A DNA stretch of 40,523 nucleotides from an uncultured Bifidobacterium sp. (GTDB lineage Bacteria > Pseudomonadota > Alphaproteobacteria > Acetobacterales > Acetobacteraceae). The stretch is taken from the NCBI GenBank assembly GCA_964478525.1, contig CAYZKM010000001.1:1-40523 (forward strand), read 5' to 3'. Below are positions 1-10,233 of the stretch, one piece after another. Every line of letters begins with the position of its first letter. Within the stretch, counting starts at the first letter, position 1. The position numbers and the translations under genes were made by a program. The notes beneath the pieces are model-generated. The model made no database searches, was not told the origin of the DNA, and saw nothing but the letters and a program-made list of their open reading frames with translations.

Positions 1-424
1 CATATTCCCACTCGGCCTCTGACGGCAGGCGATAGGTCTGGCCGGTCTGGCCGGACAGCCAGGCGGCATAGGCGGTGGCGTCGGCGGCGCCGACATTCAC
101 CACCGGGTCGCGCCCGGTCTGTGGAAATCCCGGTTCCCGCCACGCGCCGCGATCGGCGCCATAGCCGGTCGCGTCGGCGAAGGCGGCGTACTCGTCCCGC
201 GTCACCGGATAGCGGCCCAGCCAGAAGGCAGGGACGCTGACGCGATGGGTGGGGCGGGCGTCCTGGTCCAGCCCGGCGGTGTTCAGCCGGCGGGATTCCA
301 CGGCAGGGATGCCCATCGTGAAGCTGCCGGCGTCGATCCACACGATTTCGGGGGCAAAGGGGGCATCGCGCAGGATGGCGCCGCGCTGCGGAGTGTCGGC
401 GGCGCCGTTCATCGAAGGCGCCAT
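1..424 (-). CDS. Formylglycine-generating enzyme (FGE-sulfatase/SUMF1-like) domain protein; 3' end runs off the window
   Basis: Not in the ORF track. Hand translation from ATG at 424 gives MAPSMNGAADTPQRGAILRDAPFAPEIVWIDAGSFTMG...ARPTHRVSVPAFWLGRYPVTRDEYAAFADATG...DPVVNVGAADATAYAAWLSGQTGQTYRLPSEAEWEY, with the family motifs F-x-MG, YPVT, PVVNV and RLPSEAEWEY. Confidence 0.88.
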   Translation of the reverse strand, partial: MAPSMNGAADTPQRGAILRDAPFAPEIVWIDAGSFTMGIPAVESRRLNTAGLDQDARPTHRVSVPAFWLGRYPVTRDEYAAFADATGYGADRGAWREPGFPQTGRDPVVNVGAADATAYAAWLSGQTGQTYRLPSEAEWEY

Positions 425-621
425 GGCGGGCGGGGGAAGGCCCATACGGCCGGGACAACGAATTTGTGGAAACACAAATTCGTCGTGTCCTGCCAGTCTT
501 TGCGCTGCGTTCGACACATTTGGTCATGTTACTGCGGTCGTCATGGCGATGGCAACGGACAATCCGGCCGGCTTGTCCAGGCTCTTGCCTTCCGGTCCGG
601 CCCACAGCAAGGTCCGCCGCC

Positions 622-1509
622 ATGTGGTTCGACCCGCCCCGAGAAATCCCCGCCCGCGTGCTGACGCGGATGCCCGACCATTTCCGTCGCCTGGAGCACA
701 CGGAATGGGCCGACGCCAACCGCGCCGGTGACCCGGTGGACTGTTTCCTGGAAGGCCCGTGCTTCGACGCGCTGGGCCGGCTGTATGTGGTGGACATCCC
801 CCATGGCCGCATCTTCCGGATCGAGGATGGGACCTGGACCCAGATCACCGCGTATCCGGGTTGGCCGAACGGCTTGAAGGTGCAGCCCGACGGGATGCTG
901 CTGGCGGCCGATTACCGGCACGGTCTGGTGCGGATCGATCCGGCGACGGGCGGTACCTCGGCGGTGATCCAGACGGTCATGAGCGAGAGCTTCAAGGGCC
1001 TGAACGATCTGACGCTGCATGACGACGAGTCGATCCTGTTCACCGACCAGGGCCAGACCGGGCTGCAGGATCCGTCGGGTCGCGTATGGCGGCTGCACCG
1101 GGATGGGCGGCTGGACCGCCTGGTCTCGACCGGGCCAAGTCCGAACGGGCTGGTGCTGAACACGGCGCAGACGCATCTGTACGTGGCGATGACGCGATCG
1201 TGCGAGGTATGGCGTTTCGCCCTGCGCAACGACGCGGTGGTGGCCAAGGCGCAGTGCTTCGCGCGCGTCCCCGCCGGGCTGGTCGGCCCGGACGGGCTGG
1301 CGATGGACAGGTCCGACCGGCTATATATCTGCAACCCCGGCCATGGCTGTGTATGGGTCGTCGACCCGCGCGGCAAGCCGCTGTATCGCATCCAGTCCCA
1401 TGGCGGACACATGACCACCAACTGTGCCTTGACCCCGGATGGGCGCGGGTTGGTGATCACCGAGTCCGAGACCGGCACAATCCTGATCGCGGAGGTTCCC
1501 CCGTTATGA
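622..1509 (+). CDS. SMP-30/gluconolactonase/LRE family beta-propeller protein
   Basis: Motifs FLEGPCFD, WPNGL, GLNDL, SPNGL and GPDGLAMD. Start set at ATG 622 (MWFDPP). The stop overlaps the next gene (ATGA). Confidence 0.88.
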   Translation: MWFDPPREIPARVLTRMPDHFRRLEHTEWADANRAGDPVDCFLEGPCFDALGRLYVVDIPHGRIFRIEDGTWTQITAYPGWPNGLKVQPDGMLLAADYRHGLVRIDPATGGTSAVIQTVMSESFKGLNDLTLHDDESILFTDQGQTGLQDPSGRVWRLHRDGRLDRLVSTGPSPNGLVLNTAQTHLYVAMTRSCEVWRFALRNDAVVAKAQCFARVPAGLVGPDGLAMDRSDRLYICNPGHGCVWVVDPRGKPLYRIQSHGGHMTTNCALTPDGRGLVITESETGTILIAEVPPL

Positions 1510-2432
1510 CCGCTGAATTCGTCTCCATCTGCGAGGTCGGCCCGCGCGACGGGCTGCAGATCGCCAAGACCCGCATGACCACCGACGACAAGGTGGCCTG
1601 GATCAAGTCCCTGGCCGCCGCCGGCATCCCCGAGATCGAGGTGGGCAGCTTCGTCCCCCCGCGGGTGATCCCACAGCTTGCCGACACGCCCGAGATCGTG
1701 GCGCGGGTGCTGGCCGAGGTGCCTGGCCTGGTGGTGCAGGCGCTGGCGCCGAACCTGCGCGGGGCGCAGAACGCCTTCAATGCGGGGGTGCACAAGATCG
1801 CGATGCCGATCTCGGTCAGCCCCGGCCACAGCAAGGCCAACCTCAACCGCCCGCCCGAGGCCTCGATCGAGGTGATGCGCGAGGTGATGGCCTGGATGAA
1901 GGCGCAGGACCGCCATGTGCCAGTGATCGTGGGCGCGTCGACGGCGTTTGGCTGCTCGATCGACGGTGTGGTGACGATTGCGCAGACGGTTGCCATGTGC
2001 AAAGGCCTGGTCGGTGCCGGTGTCGAGCATATCATGCTGGCTGATACCGTGGGCTATGCCCACCCGGCGCAGGTGCGCGCGATGGTGCGCGCGGTGCGTG
2101 ACGCGATCGGGCCGGCGCTGTACGGGCTGCACCTGCACGATACCTGCGGGCTGGGCATCGCCAATGCGCTGGTGGGCCTGGAAGAAGGGATCCGTGCGTT
2201 CGACTCCTGCCTGGCGGGCCTGGGCGGATGCCCCTATGCGCCGGGCGCGTCGGGGAATGTGGTGACCGAAGACCTGGTGTTCATGCTGGAGAGCATGGGC
2301 TTCCGGACCGGTATCGACCTGGAGAAACTGTTCGAAAGCCGCAAGGTCCTGCATGCCGGCCTGCCGGCGGAACCGCTGAACGGGCAGGTGTCGAAGGCCG
2401 GCCTGCCGCCGACGTTTCGCAAGGCGGCATAA
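1506..2432 (+). CDS. Hydroxymethylglutaryl-CoA lyase family protein (DRE-TIM metallolyase)
   Basis: Motifs EVGPRDGLQ, LADTVG, HLHDT and GLGGCPYAPGASGNVVTEDL. ATG 1506 overlaps the upstream TGA. Confidence 0.92.
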   Translation: MTAEFVSICEVGPRDGLQIAKTRMTTDDKVAWIKSLAAAGIPEIEVGSFVPPRVIPQLADTPEIVARVLAEVPGLVVQALAPNLRGAQNAFNAGVHKIAMPISVSPGHSKANLNRPPEASIEVMREVMAWMKAQDRHVPVIVGASTAFGCSIDGVVTIAQTVAMCKGLVGAGVEHIMLADTVGYAHPAQVRAMVRAVRDAIGPALYGLHLHDTCGLGIANALVGLEEGIRAFDSCLAGLGGCPYAPGASGNVVTEDLVFMLESMGFRTGIDLEKLFESRKVLHAGLPAEPLNGQVSKAGLPPTFRKAA

Positions 2433-2450
2433 GGCCAAACACCCCACCCT

Positions 2451-2477
2451 CCCTGGCCGGGCTCGGCTTGGCCAGGG
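2451..2477 (+). other. GC-rich stem-loop downstream of the HMG-CoA lyase gene
   Basis: CCCTGGCCGGGC-TCG-GCTTGGCCAGGG forms a 12-bp stem with two G-U pairs. There is no U-tract. Confidence 0.4.
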
Positions 2478-2546
2478 CGCTTGCCCGCATTGCCACCGGC
2501 GCCGCGCTGGGCAATCCTTCCTCGGCATGCCAGGGGAAGGGAAACA

Positions 2547-4178
2547 ATGGCCGAGGAGTTCGATTACATCGTTACAGGTGCCGGTTCCGCCGGCTGCGTC
2601 GTGGCGGCGCGGCTGTCGGAAAACGGCAGGTATCGCGTCCTGCTCCTGGAAGCCGGCCCGCCCGACACCAACATCTGGATCCACATCCCGCTGGGCTTCG
2701 CCCGCACCTATGTCAATCCGAAGGTGAACTGGAAGTTCGAGACTGCTCCGCAACCGCAGTTGAACAACCGCCAGCTTTACCTGCCGCGCGGCAAGACGCT
2801 GGGTGGATCGAGTTCGATCAACGGCATGGTCTATATCCGCGGCAACCACCGTGACTATGACGAGTGGCGCCAGCGCGGCTGCGTCGGGTGGGATTGGGAT
2901 TCCGTGCTGCCCTACTTCAAGAAGGCCGAGAACCAGGCCCGCGGCGCCGACGATTTTCACGGCACCGGCGGCCCGCTGCACGTGTCGGACCAGCCGGCCA
3001 GATTCGAGCTGGCGGAGGCGGCGCTGGAGGCGTGCGTGCAGGCGGGCATTCCACGCAATCCCGATTTCAACGGCAAGGATCAGGAAGGCTGCGGATACTA
3101 CCAGACCACCACCAGCAACCGGCGCCGGTGGAGCGCGGCGCGTGCCTATCTGGAACCGGCGAAGCAGCGGCAGAACCTGGTCATCCGCACCGGCGCGCAC
3201 GCGACGAAGGTGCTGATCGAGAACAACCGCGCCGTGGGTGTGGAGTTCCAGACCCCGCAGGGCCGTGAGACGGCACGCTGCCGCGGCGAGGTGATCGTCT
3301 CGGGCGGGGCGTTCGGATCGCCGCAACTGCTGCAATTGTCGGGCGTCGGACCGGCGGAGCATCTGCGGGAGATGGGGATCGAGGTGGTGCGGGACCTGCC
3401 GGCGGTGGGTGCCAACCTGCACGATCATTTCAATACGAACCTGAACTGGCGCGTCAGCAAGCCGATCACGCTGAACGACCTGGAGCGAAGCTGGCCGAAG
3501 AAGATTGCCGCCGCCGCCCGCTATGCCCTGTTCCGATCAGGCCCGATGGCGAGCAACGGCATTCACGCGGGGGTTTTCACCCGGTCCGATCCGCGTCTGG
3601 AACGGCCGGACCTGCAGATCAACATCTTCGAGTGGAGCACGAAGGAGCGCAACAAGGACCGCGTCGTGCCGCATGATTTCCCCGGCTTCACGCTGATGCC
3701 CGTGCATCTGCGGCCCGAGGGGCGCGGCACGGTGCGGTTGAACTCGGCCGATCCGCTGGCCCCGCCCAAGGTGCTGTTCGACTATCTGCGCACCGATTAT
3801 GACGTGCAGGCGCTGCTGGCGGCGATCCATCTGTGTCGCCGGATCGCGGCGCAACCGGCGCTGAAGCCGTATATCGTGGAGGAGATCACGCCCGGTGCGG
3901 CGGTGACCGAGGACAAGCCGCTGATCGATTTCATCCGCGCGACCGGTGTGTCGAACCAGCATCCCACCAGCAGTTGCGCGATGGGGACGGGTGTGAATAC
4001 CGCCGTCGATCCACGGCTGCGCGTGCATGGGATCGATGGGCTGCGGGTGGCGGATGCATCGGTGATGCCGGTAGTGGTCGGAGGCAACACGAACGCACCG
4101 ACGATCATGATCGGAGAGAAGGTGTCGGCGATGATCCTGGAGGATGCGCTGGCCCCGGCGCCGCGTCTGGCCGCCTGA
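2547..4178 (+). CDS. GMC family FAD oxidoreductase (choline dehydrogenase-like), copy 1
   Basis: Motifs [45 protein letters not shown] and GGNTNAP. RBS GGGGAAGGG precedes ATG 2547. Confidence 0.93.
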   Translation: MAEEFDYIVTGAGSAGCVVAARLSENGRYRVLLLEAGPPDTNIWIHIPLGFARTYVNPKVNWKFETAPQPQLNNRQLYLPRGKTLGGSSSINGMVYIRGNHRDYDEWRQRGCVGWDWDSVLPYFKKAENQARGADDFHGTGGPLHVSDQPARFELAEAALEACVQAGIPRNPDFNGKDQEGCGYYQTTTSNRRRWSAARAYLEPAKQRQNLVIRTGAHATKVLIENNRAVGVEFQTPQGRETARCRGEVIVSGGAFGSPQLLQLSGVGPAEHLREMGIEVVRDLPAVGANLHDHFNTNLNWRVSKPITLNDLERSWPKKIAAAARYALFRSGPMASNGIHAGVFTRSDPRLERPDLQINIFEWSTKERNKDRVVPHDFPGFTLMPVHLRPEGRGTVRLNSADPLAPPKVLFDYLRTDYDVQALLAAIHLCRRIAAQPALKPYIVEEITPGAAVTEDKPLIDFIRATGVSNQHPTSSCAMGTGVNTAVDPRLRVHGIDGLRVADASVMPVVVGGNTNAPTIMIGEKVSAMILEDALAPAPRLAA

Positions 4179-4183
4179 TCCCC

Positions 4184-4217
4184 CGCATCATGGTCGGCGC
4201 ACGCTGGCCATGATGCG
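4184..4217. terminator. Hairpin between convergent genes; candidate bidirectional terminator
   Basis: CGCATCATGG...CCATGATGCG forms a perfect 10-bp outer stem, extended by TCGGC/GCTGG. Confidence 0.5.
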
Positions 4218-4228
4218 ACGCGGCTTCT

Positions 4229-5272
4229 TCACGCCCGGAACCGGATCGTCCCGTCATTACCGACGTCAGGACGCAACTCCCCCCGGCCCATCATGTAGTT
4301 CACATGCGCCAGCACCTCGCCGAAGGCGAACCCCATCTGGTGCGGGTCCAGCTCGCGGTCGAACACATGGGGCAGCATATCGGCCACCGTCAGCGGCTGC
4401 TTGCGGCAGGACTCGGCGATCAGGCCGCAGCGTTCGCCGTGGTGGAAGATCAGTTCGTCGATCCGTTCATGCAGGCCCATGAACGGCAGGCCGTGGCCGG
4501 GCAGCACCAGCACATCCGGCCCGACCGCGGCGCGCAGGGCCCGCAGGTCCGTCAGGTAGGTGCCCAGCGCGTCCTCGTTCGGCTCCATCGGATTGACGCT
4601 GACATTGGGGGAAATCTTCGCGATCACCTGGTCGGCCGAGAACAGCAGCCGATCAGACCTGCGGTGCAGCATCGCCTGCTCCACCGCGTGGCCGCCGCCG
4701 GTCAGGATCTCGAAATCGCGGCCACCCACCTTGCAACTGTCGCCATGGCGGATGCGGTCATAGGTCGGCGGGGCAGAGGTGGTGCGGCGCAGATAGCCGT
4801 GCCCGCGGGTCAGCACCAGATCGGTGACATCCGCGGCCAGGCCGTGCGTGCGATAGAAGCCGCGATGCGATTCCTCCCGCGCGCCACGCTCGGGCTGGCG
4901 GGCCTGCAGGTGAAACAGGTATTCCGTGCGCGGCATCTGCAGCCGCAACCCGTACTTCTCCGACAGCCAGCCGGCCAGGCCCACGTGGTCGGGGTGGAAA
5001 TGCGTCACCACCATCGCGCTCAGCCGCTGGCCCTTCAGCGGACCGGTCATGATCGCGTCCCAGCCATTGCGGCCGTCCTCGGTGGCGAGCCCGGTGTCCA
5101 GCACCATCCAGCCGTCATCATCCTCGATCAGGTAGATGTTCACGTGATTCAGCGCGAACGGCAGTTTCAGGCGGAACCACAATACGCCCGGGGCGACTTC
5201 GGTCACCTCCCCGGGGGCGGGCGGTTGGGCATGGGGGAAGGTCAGCGCACTTGCCGGAGGATTGTGTTGCAT
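4229..5272 (-). CDS. MBL-fold metallo-hydrolase (glyoxalase II-like, with C-terminal extension)
   Basis: Motifs LPFALNHVN, LDTG, THFHPDH (HxHxDH), GGHA, SADQ and PGHG. Confidence 0.9.
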   Translation of the reverse strand: MQHNPPASALTFPHAQPPAPGEVTEVAPGVLWFRLKLPFALNHVNIYLIEDDDGWMVLDTGLATEDGRNGWDAIMTGPLKGQRLSAMVVTHFHPDHVGLAGWLSEKYGLRLQMPRTEYLFHLQARQPERGAREESHRGFYRTHGLAADVTDLVLTRGHGYLRRTTSAPPTYDRIRHGDSCKVGGRDFEILTGGGHAVEQAMLHRRSDRLLFSADQVIAKISPNVSVNPMEPNEDALGTYLTDLRALRAAVGPDVLVLPGHGLPFMGLHERIDELIFHHGERCGLIAESCRKQPLTVADMLPHVFDRELDPHQMGFAFGEVLAHVNYMMGRGELRPDVGNDGTIRFRA

Positions 5273-5303
5273 CGCAGCAGTCTAGCGCGCCCCGCCAACA
5301 TTG

Positions 5304-5321
5304 CCAGCCAGGCCTGGCTGG
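5304..5321. promoter_or_regulatory. Perfect 18-bp palindrome in a divergent intergenic region; candidate operator
   Basis: CCAGCCAGGCCTGGCTGG lies between the divergent starts at 5272 and 5355. Confidence 0.35.
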
Positions 5322-5354
5322 TTGATGCTGGGTTGCATCGAAGGGGAGATCAAC

Positions 5355-6977
5355 ATGGCGGGCGAGGCGGATACCTACGACTTCATCGTCACTGGTGCCG
5401 GATCGGCTGGATGCGTACTGGCCGCGCGCCTGTCCGAGTCCGGAAAATATCGTGTGCTGCTGCTGGAAGCCGGCGGCGAGGACCGCAGCTGGTGGATCCA
5501 TGTCCCTATCGGCTATGCCAAGACGTTCGTCGATCCGCGCGTCAACTGGATGTTTGAAAGCGAGCCGGAAGCCGAGTTGAACAACCGGACCATGTACCAG
5601 CCGCGCGGGAAGGTGCTGGGCGGCACAAGTTCGATCAACGGCATGGTCTATATGCGCGGGCACGCGGCCGATTACGACCAGTGGCGGCAGATGGGCAACG
5701 AAGGCTGGGACTATGATTCCGTCCTGCCGTATTTCCGCAAGGCGGAGGACAACGAACGCGGGTCCGACGAATTCCATGGCGCGGGCGGCCCGCTGCGGGT
5801 GTCGAACCAGCCCTACAAATGGGAAATCGCCGAGGCGCTGCTGGAAGCCTGCAAGCAATCGGGCATTCCCTACAACCCCGATTTCAACGGCCGTACGCAG
5901 GAAGGCTGCGGATACTACCAGACCACGACCAAGGACAAGCGCCGCTGGAGCACCGCCGCCGCCTATCTGACAGAGGCGAAAAAGCGCCCGAACCTGGTCA
6001 TCAAGACCCGCGCGCATGCCACCAGGGTGCTGATCGAGAACGGCCGAGCGACGGGGGTGGAGTTCGAGACTCCGGCGGGGCGGCAGACGGCGCGGGCCGC
6101 GCGAGAGGTGATCGTGTCCGGCGGGGCCTATGGATCGCCGCATCTGCTGCAACTGTCGGGGCTTGGGCCGGCGCAGCATCTGCAGGACATGGGCGTGCAG
6201 GTCGTGAAGGACATGCCGGGCGTCGGGTCGAACCTGCAGGATCATTTCAATACATACTGCACCTACAGGATATCAAAGAACCTGTCGCTGAATGCGCTGC
6301 ATTATTCGTTGCCGCACCGGTTGATTGCCGGGATGCGGTATGTGTTCTTCAAATCGGGACCGATGTCGGGCAACGGGCTGTACGTAGGCGCGCTGGTGCG
6401 CAGCGATCCGTCGCTGGAACGGCCGGATCTGCAGTTCAACATCTCGGCCTGGAGTACGGTCGATCGCAACCGCAACGGCGTGATCTCGCATCCGCATCCC
6501 GGTATTTCCATCAGCCCGGTGCATCTGCGGCCCGACGGGCGTGGCACGGTACGGTTGAAGAGCAACGATCCGCTGGCCGCGCCGGCCATTCACTTCAACT
6601 TCATCAAGTCCGACTACGACATGCAGGTGATGGTGAAGGGTGTGCGGATCGCGCGCAATATCGTGCGCCAGCATGCGATGCAGAAGCTGCTGGTGGAGGA
6701 GACCCTGCCAGGCGTGGCGGTGCGCACGGATGAGGAGATCATCGCCGATACGCGCGAACGGGGGGTATCGAACCTGCATCCGGTCGGGTCCTGCGGCATG
6801 GGGCAGGGTCCGATGGCGGTGGTGGATGCGCGCCTGCGTGTCCACGGGGTGCCAGGATTGCGCGTGGTCGATGCGTCGATCATGCCGGTGATCATTGCGG
6901 GGAACACCAACGCGCCGACGATCATGATCGCCGAGAAGGCCTCGGCGATGATCCAGGAGGATGCCGCGGCGGCCTGA
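5355..6977 (+). CDS. GMC family FAD oxidoreductase, copy 2 (close paralog of copy 1)
   Basis: Motifs [32 protein letters not shown] and AGNTNAP. RBS AAGGGGAG precedes ATG 5355. Confidence 0.93.
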   Translation: MAGEADTYDFIVTGAGSAGCVLAARLSESGKYRVLLLEAGGEDRSWWIHVPIGYAKTFVDPRVNWMFESEPEAELNNRTMYQPRGKVLGGTSSINGMVYMRGHAADYDQWRQMGNEGWDYDSVLPYFRKAEDNERGSDEFHGAGGPLRVSNQPYKWEIAEALLEACKQSGIPYNPDFNGRTQEGCGYYQTTTKDKRRWSTAAAYLTEAKKRPNLVIKTRAHATRVLIENGRATGVEFETPAGRQTARAAREVIVSGGAYGSPHLLQLSGLGPAQHLQDMGVQVVKDMPGVGSNLQDHFNTYCTYRISKNLSLNALHYSLPHRLIAGMRYVFFKSGPMSGNGLYVGALVRSDPSLERPDLQFNISAWSTVDRNRNGVISHPHPGISISPVHLRPDGRGTVRLKSNDPLAAPAIHFNFIKSDYDMQVMVKGVRIARNIVRQHAMQKLLVEETLPGVAVRTDEEIIADTRERGVSNLHPVGSCGMGQGPMAVVDARLRVHGVPGLRVVDASIMPVIIAGNTNAPTIMIAEKASAMIQEDAAAA

Positions 6978-6999
6978 CCGCCGGGGATGGCAAGGGCCT

Positions 7000-7026
7000 G
7001 TGATCGGGTTGCCGCAACCCGATCAC
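7000..7026. terminator. Perfect inverted repeat between convergent genes; candidate terminator
   Basis: GTGATCGGGTTGC-C-GCAACCCGATCAC has 13-bp arms and overlaps the stop codon of the TauD-like gene. Confidence 0.55.
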
Positions 7027-7922
7027 GCCGCCAACGCCTGATGCAGGAACGTGGGGTCGAAGATCCGGTCTGCCATCACCTGGCAGCGCTTCATCAGCCT
7101 TGGTTCGTCTGCCCGGTAGTCCGGGCGGGCGTAGTGCCAGGTGCCGATATGGTCCCACACCAGCAACTCGCCCACCGCCCATTCATGAACATAGCGATAG
7201 CGGGGCTGCATCACGTGATCCAGAAGCTGTTGCAGCAAGGCCGAGCTTTCGGCGGTGGGAAGGCCGTCGATGCAAACGGTGAAGCCGGGATTTACGTAGA
7301 TGACGTCCTGCCCGGTGATCGGGTGGGTCAGCAGCACCGGATGGTGCACCGGGGGGCGCTGCTGACGTTGTTCCTGGGTCAGGGGTGGACGCTGGCTGCC
7401 CTTTTCGCGACGCATATACTCCCAGTAATACGCAATGTCATGCGTCGCGGTCAGGCCGCGCAGGCGGGTTCGCAGGTCCGCGGGAAGATCGGCTGCCGCG
7501 GCCTGGGTGTTGGTGAATTCCGTTGCGCCCAGAACTTTCCCGTCGCGCACCGGCACCTGGAACGCCGACAGCACGTTCACGAATCCGATCGTTCGGGAAT
7601 ATGACATGTCGGTGTGCCAGGACTGCCCGGCATCGGGGGCGCCGATCAGTTGTCCGTCGACGCGTATGTTCGACAGGATCGTTACCTCCGGCATGCCGGG
7701 TTCGTGGTGGGGGATGTTCTTCAGCACCTGCAATTGCCCGAACCGTGCCGAGAAGCAGGCAAGGTCGGCCGCGTCCAGCGCCTGGTCGGGGAAACGCAGC
7801 ACGCCGTACCGCCCCAGCGCACGCAGGATGGCGGCGAAAGCGTCGGGCGGCAGCGCGTCGCGCAGATCGACGCCGGCCACGGTGGCACCGAGGATCTGTC
7901 CGGTCGGTTCGATCGTCGGCAT
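7023..7922 (-). CDS. TauD/TfdA family Fe(II)/2-oxoglutarate-dependent dioxygenase
   Basis: Motifs WHTDMSY (HxD), [13 protein letters not shown] and WDHIGTWH...R. RBS GGAGAGG precedes ATG 7922; 7934 is an alternative start. Confidence 0.88.
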   Translation of the reverse strand: MPTIEPTGQILGATVAGVDLRDALPPDAFAAILRALGRYGVLRFPDQALDAADLACFSARFGQLQVLKNIPHHEPGMPEVTILSNIRVDGQLIGAPDAGQSWHTDMSYSRTIGFVNVLSAFQVPVRDGKVLGATEFTNTQAAAADLPADLRTRLRGLTATHDIAYYWEYMRREKGSQRPPLTQEQRQQRPPVHHPVLLTHPITGQDVIYVNPGFTVCIDGLPTAESSALLQQLLDHVMQPRYRYVHEWAVGELLVWDHIGTWHYARPDYRADEPRLMKRCQVMADRIFDPTFLHQALAA

Positions 7923-8087
7923 GGGCCTCTCCATCCTGGCGGGAAACAGCGCCAGACTATTCGGCCGCCACTGCGGAGAGCAAGCGCATGCATTCGGTTG
8001 ACCGCGAACGGTACAGGCGACACGATCGGTTGCAGGCAGTGCGTGACGAAATCACAATGACCATGGACCCATTACAGGAACTCACCT

Positions 8088-8864
8088 ATGTCGATGGAAG
8101 ACCGGATTGACTACCAGGTAACGGACCGGGTCGCCGTGATTGCACTGAATCGCGCGCCGGTGAACGCGATCGACCATCCGATGATCGACGCCATCCATGC
8201 CGCACTGCGCCGCGCCGATGCGGATGACGGGGTGCGAGCCGTGATTCTGACCAGCGCCCTGCCGAGGATGTATTGCGGCGGGATGGATTTGCGCATGGTC
8301 TCACGGGGCGATGCGCAGGATCTGCGGGCGTTCGTCACCAAGTTCTATATGGAAACGATGAACATCCAATACGCGATGCGCAAGCCGACCATCGCGGCGG
8401 TGAACGGTCCCGCCCGCGGTGCCGGCATGACCATCTCGATCACGTGCGACATGATCTTCACGGCCGATGATATCGACCTCGGCTATCCCGAGATCGATGT
8501 CGGCGTGATTCCGGCGATCCACTATGTGCATCTGCCGCGCCAGATCAGCCGCCACAAGGCGTTCGAGCTTCTGTTCGGCGGCAAACCGATCCCGGCGCAG
8601 GAGGCTGCGGCGCTGGGGCTTATCAATTATGCCGTTCCGCGCGAGGAACTGATGGATCGCGCCATGGCGGCGGCACGGATGCTGGCGGCGAAGTCGCCGA
8701 CCATCATGGCGCTGGGCCGGCAATCCTTCATGCGGGCCAATGATCTGGACTACAGGCGCAATGTCGAGAACCAGATCGAGACCCTGTGCAACATCTTCAG
8801 CACGCCCGACGGGCGCGAAGGGCTGATGGCCTTCCTGGAGAAGCGACAGCCGAACTGGACCTGA
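8088..8864 (+). CDS. Enoyl-CoA hydratase/isomerase (crotonase) family protein
   Basis: Motifs LNRAPVNA, YCGGMDL, KPTIAAVNGPARGAG, YPEIDVG and EGLMAFLEKR. Confidence 0.92.
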   Translation: MSMEDRIDYQVTDRVAVIALNRAPVNAIDHPMIDAIHAALRRADADDGVRAVILTSALPRMYCGGMDLRMVSRGDAQDLRAFVTKFYMETMNIQYAMRKPTIAAVNGPARGAGMTISITCDMIFTADDIDLGYPEIDVGVIPAIHYVHLPRQISRHKAFELLFGGKPIPAQEAAALGLINYAVPREELMDRAMAAARMLAAKSPTIMALGRQSFMRANDLDYRRNVENQIETLCNIFSTPDGREGLMAFLEKRQPNWT

Positions 8865-8910
8865 CCCACGGTTCGGGGTGAGGATAAGCCGCGACGCAGG
8901 AGAACGCATC

Positions 8911-10233
8911 ATGTCCCAGCCGAAAGCCCTTGAGAACATCCGCGTGGTGGATTTCAGCTGGGTACGAGCAGGACCATGGGCCACACGCTGGCTCGGCGCC
9001 CTGGGCGCGGAGATCATCAAAATCGAATGGCCCGAGAATGAACGTGGCCGCCTGCCAAGCTCGACGACGCCGCAGGGGGCGGAAGTAAATCTGAACACGT
9101 CGGGCAATTTCAATGACACCAACGTCAACAAGAAAAGCCTGAGCCTGAACGTCAGAAGCCCCAAGGGGCTGGAGATCGTCAAGCGGCTGATTGCTGTATC
9201 GGACATTGTGATCGAGAATTTCAGCTCTCGCGTGCTGCAAAAATGGGGATTGGGATACGAGGAGCTGTGCCGGATCAAGCCCGATATCGTCTATGTCTCG
9301 ATGTCCGGCTACGGTCATACCGGTCGCAACCATCATTACACGACGTTCGGCCCGGTGGCGCAGGCGGTCTCGGGCCTGACGTTCCAGTCCGGACTGCCCG
9401 ACAAGCCGCCAGCCGGGTGGGGCTGGTCGTATATGGACGACACGGGCGGGATGTATGGCGCGATGTGTGCCCTGACTGGGCTGTATCATCGCAACATCAC
9501 CGGAAAGGGGCAGCATATCGACCAGGCGCAAATGGTTTCGAGTGTACCTTTGAACGGACCGGCACTGCTGGACTTCACGGCGAACGGGCGCGGATCGCGG
9601 CGCGCCGGATTCCCGCCCGGTAACCGCGCGCACTGGCCTGGCACGCCGCTGGTCAACAATTATCGCGGGCCGACGATCGCGCCGCACAACGCCTATCGCA
9701 CCGCGCCTGGCGGCTACAACGATTGGTGCGTGATCGTCTGCCACGACGAACAGGAATGGCAACGCCTGGTAACGCTGATGGGTGCGCCCGGCTGGACCAC
9801 CGATCCGAAATTCGCCTCGGTCGCGGCGCGCCTGCAGAACCAGGACGCGCTGGACGCGAACATCGAAGACTGGACCATGACCCTTGGCAAATACGAAGTG
9901 ACCGACCGATGCCAGGCCGTCGGCGTACGCGCCATGCCGGTGCAAAGCGCCGAGGATCGTGTGGAGCATGACCCGCAATTGCGGGAACGCGGCATGTATA
10001 CGCCGCTGACCCATCTCGCCCTGGGCACGCACAAGGTGCAGAACGCGCCGTTCCGGATGTCGGAAACGCCCGCGGTCAACACACGGCCAAGTCCGATGAT
10101 CGGGCAGCACACCAAAGAGATCATCGAGGGGCTGCTGGGATACAGCCATGCCGATCTGCAAGCTGGTTTCGAGGACGGTACGTTCTGGCCAACCAGGCGA
10201 CCTCGCTTTCCCTATCAGCAGGACATGCTGTGA
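8911..10233 (+). CDS. Family III CoA-transferase (CaiB/BaiF), Asp-containing subunit
   Basis: Motifs DFSWVRAGP, LGAEIIKIE, NKKSLSLN, DIVIENFS, SGYGHTG and SYMDDTGG. RBS CAGGAG precedes ATG 8911. Confidence 0.92.
   Translation: MSQPKALENIRVVDFSWVRAGPWATRWLGALGAEIIKIEWPENERGRLPSSTTPQGAEVNLNTSGNFNDTNVNKKSLSLNVRSPKGLEIVKRLIAVSDIVIENFSSRVLQKWGLGYEELCRIKPDIVYVSMSGYGHTGRNHHYTTFGPVAQAVSGLTFQSGLPDKPPAGWGWSYMDDTGGMYGAMCALTGLYHRNITGKGQHIDQAQMVSSVPLNGPALLDFTANGRGSRRAGFPPGNRAHWPGTPLVNNYRGPTIAPHNAYRTAPGGYNDWCVIVCHDEQEWQRLVTLMGAPGWTTDPKFASVAARLQNQDALDANIEDWTMTLGKYEVTDRCQAVGVRAMPVQSAEDRVEHDPQLRERGMYTPLTHLALGTHKVQNAPFRMSETPAVNTRPSPMIGQHTKEIIEGLLGYSHADLQAGFEDGTFWPTRRPRFPYQQDML

Noticed and set aside
1-424. 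Possible selenoneine synthase SenA or EgtB, given the selenium context
   Set aside because: The protein starts directly with the FGE-like domain and lacks the N-terminal DinB-like domain of EgtB/SenA. No senB or senC is visible, and the gene is truncated by the window edge.
912-3428. 838-aa minus-strand ORF and similar long antisense ORFs (e.g. 31143-33044, 27682-29190, 26161-27663, 8797-10242)
   Set aside because: These are shadow ORFs opposite well-supported genes in high-GC DNA, and they contain no recognisable motifs.
2547-6977. Naming the GMC genes betA, the dioxygenase tauD, the LLM ssuD or the flavoprotein trxB
   Set aside because: Only family-level motifs are visible. The usual partners (betB/betI, tauABC, ssuE/ssuABC, trxA) are absent and some key motifs deviate, so gene symbols were withheld.
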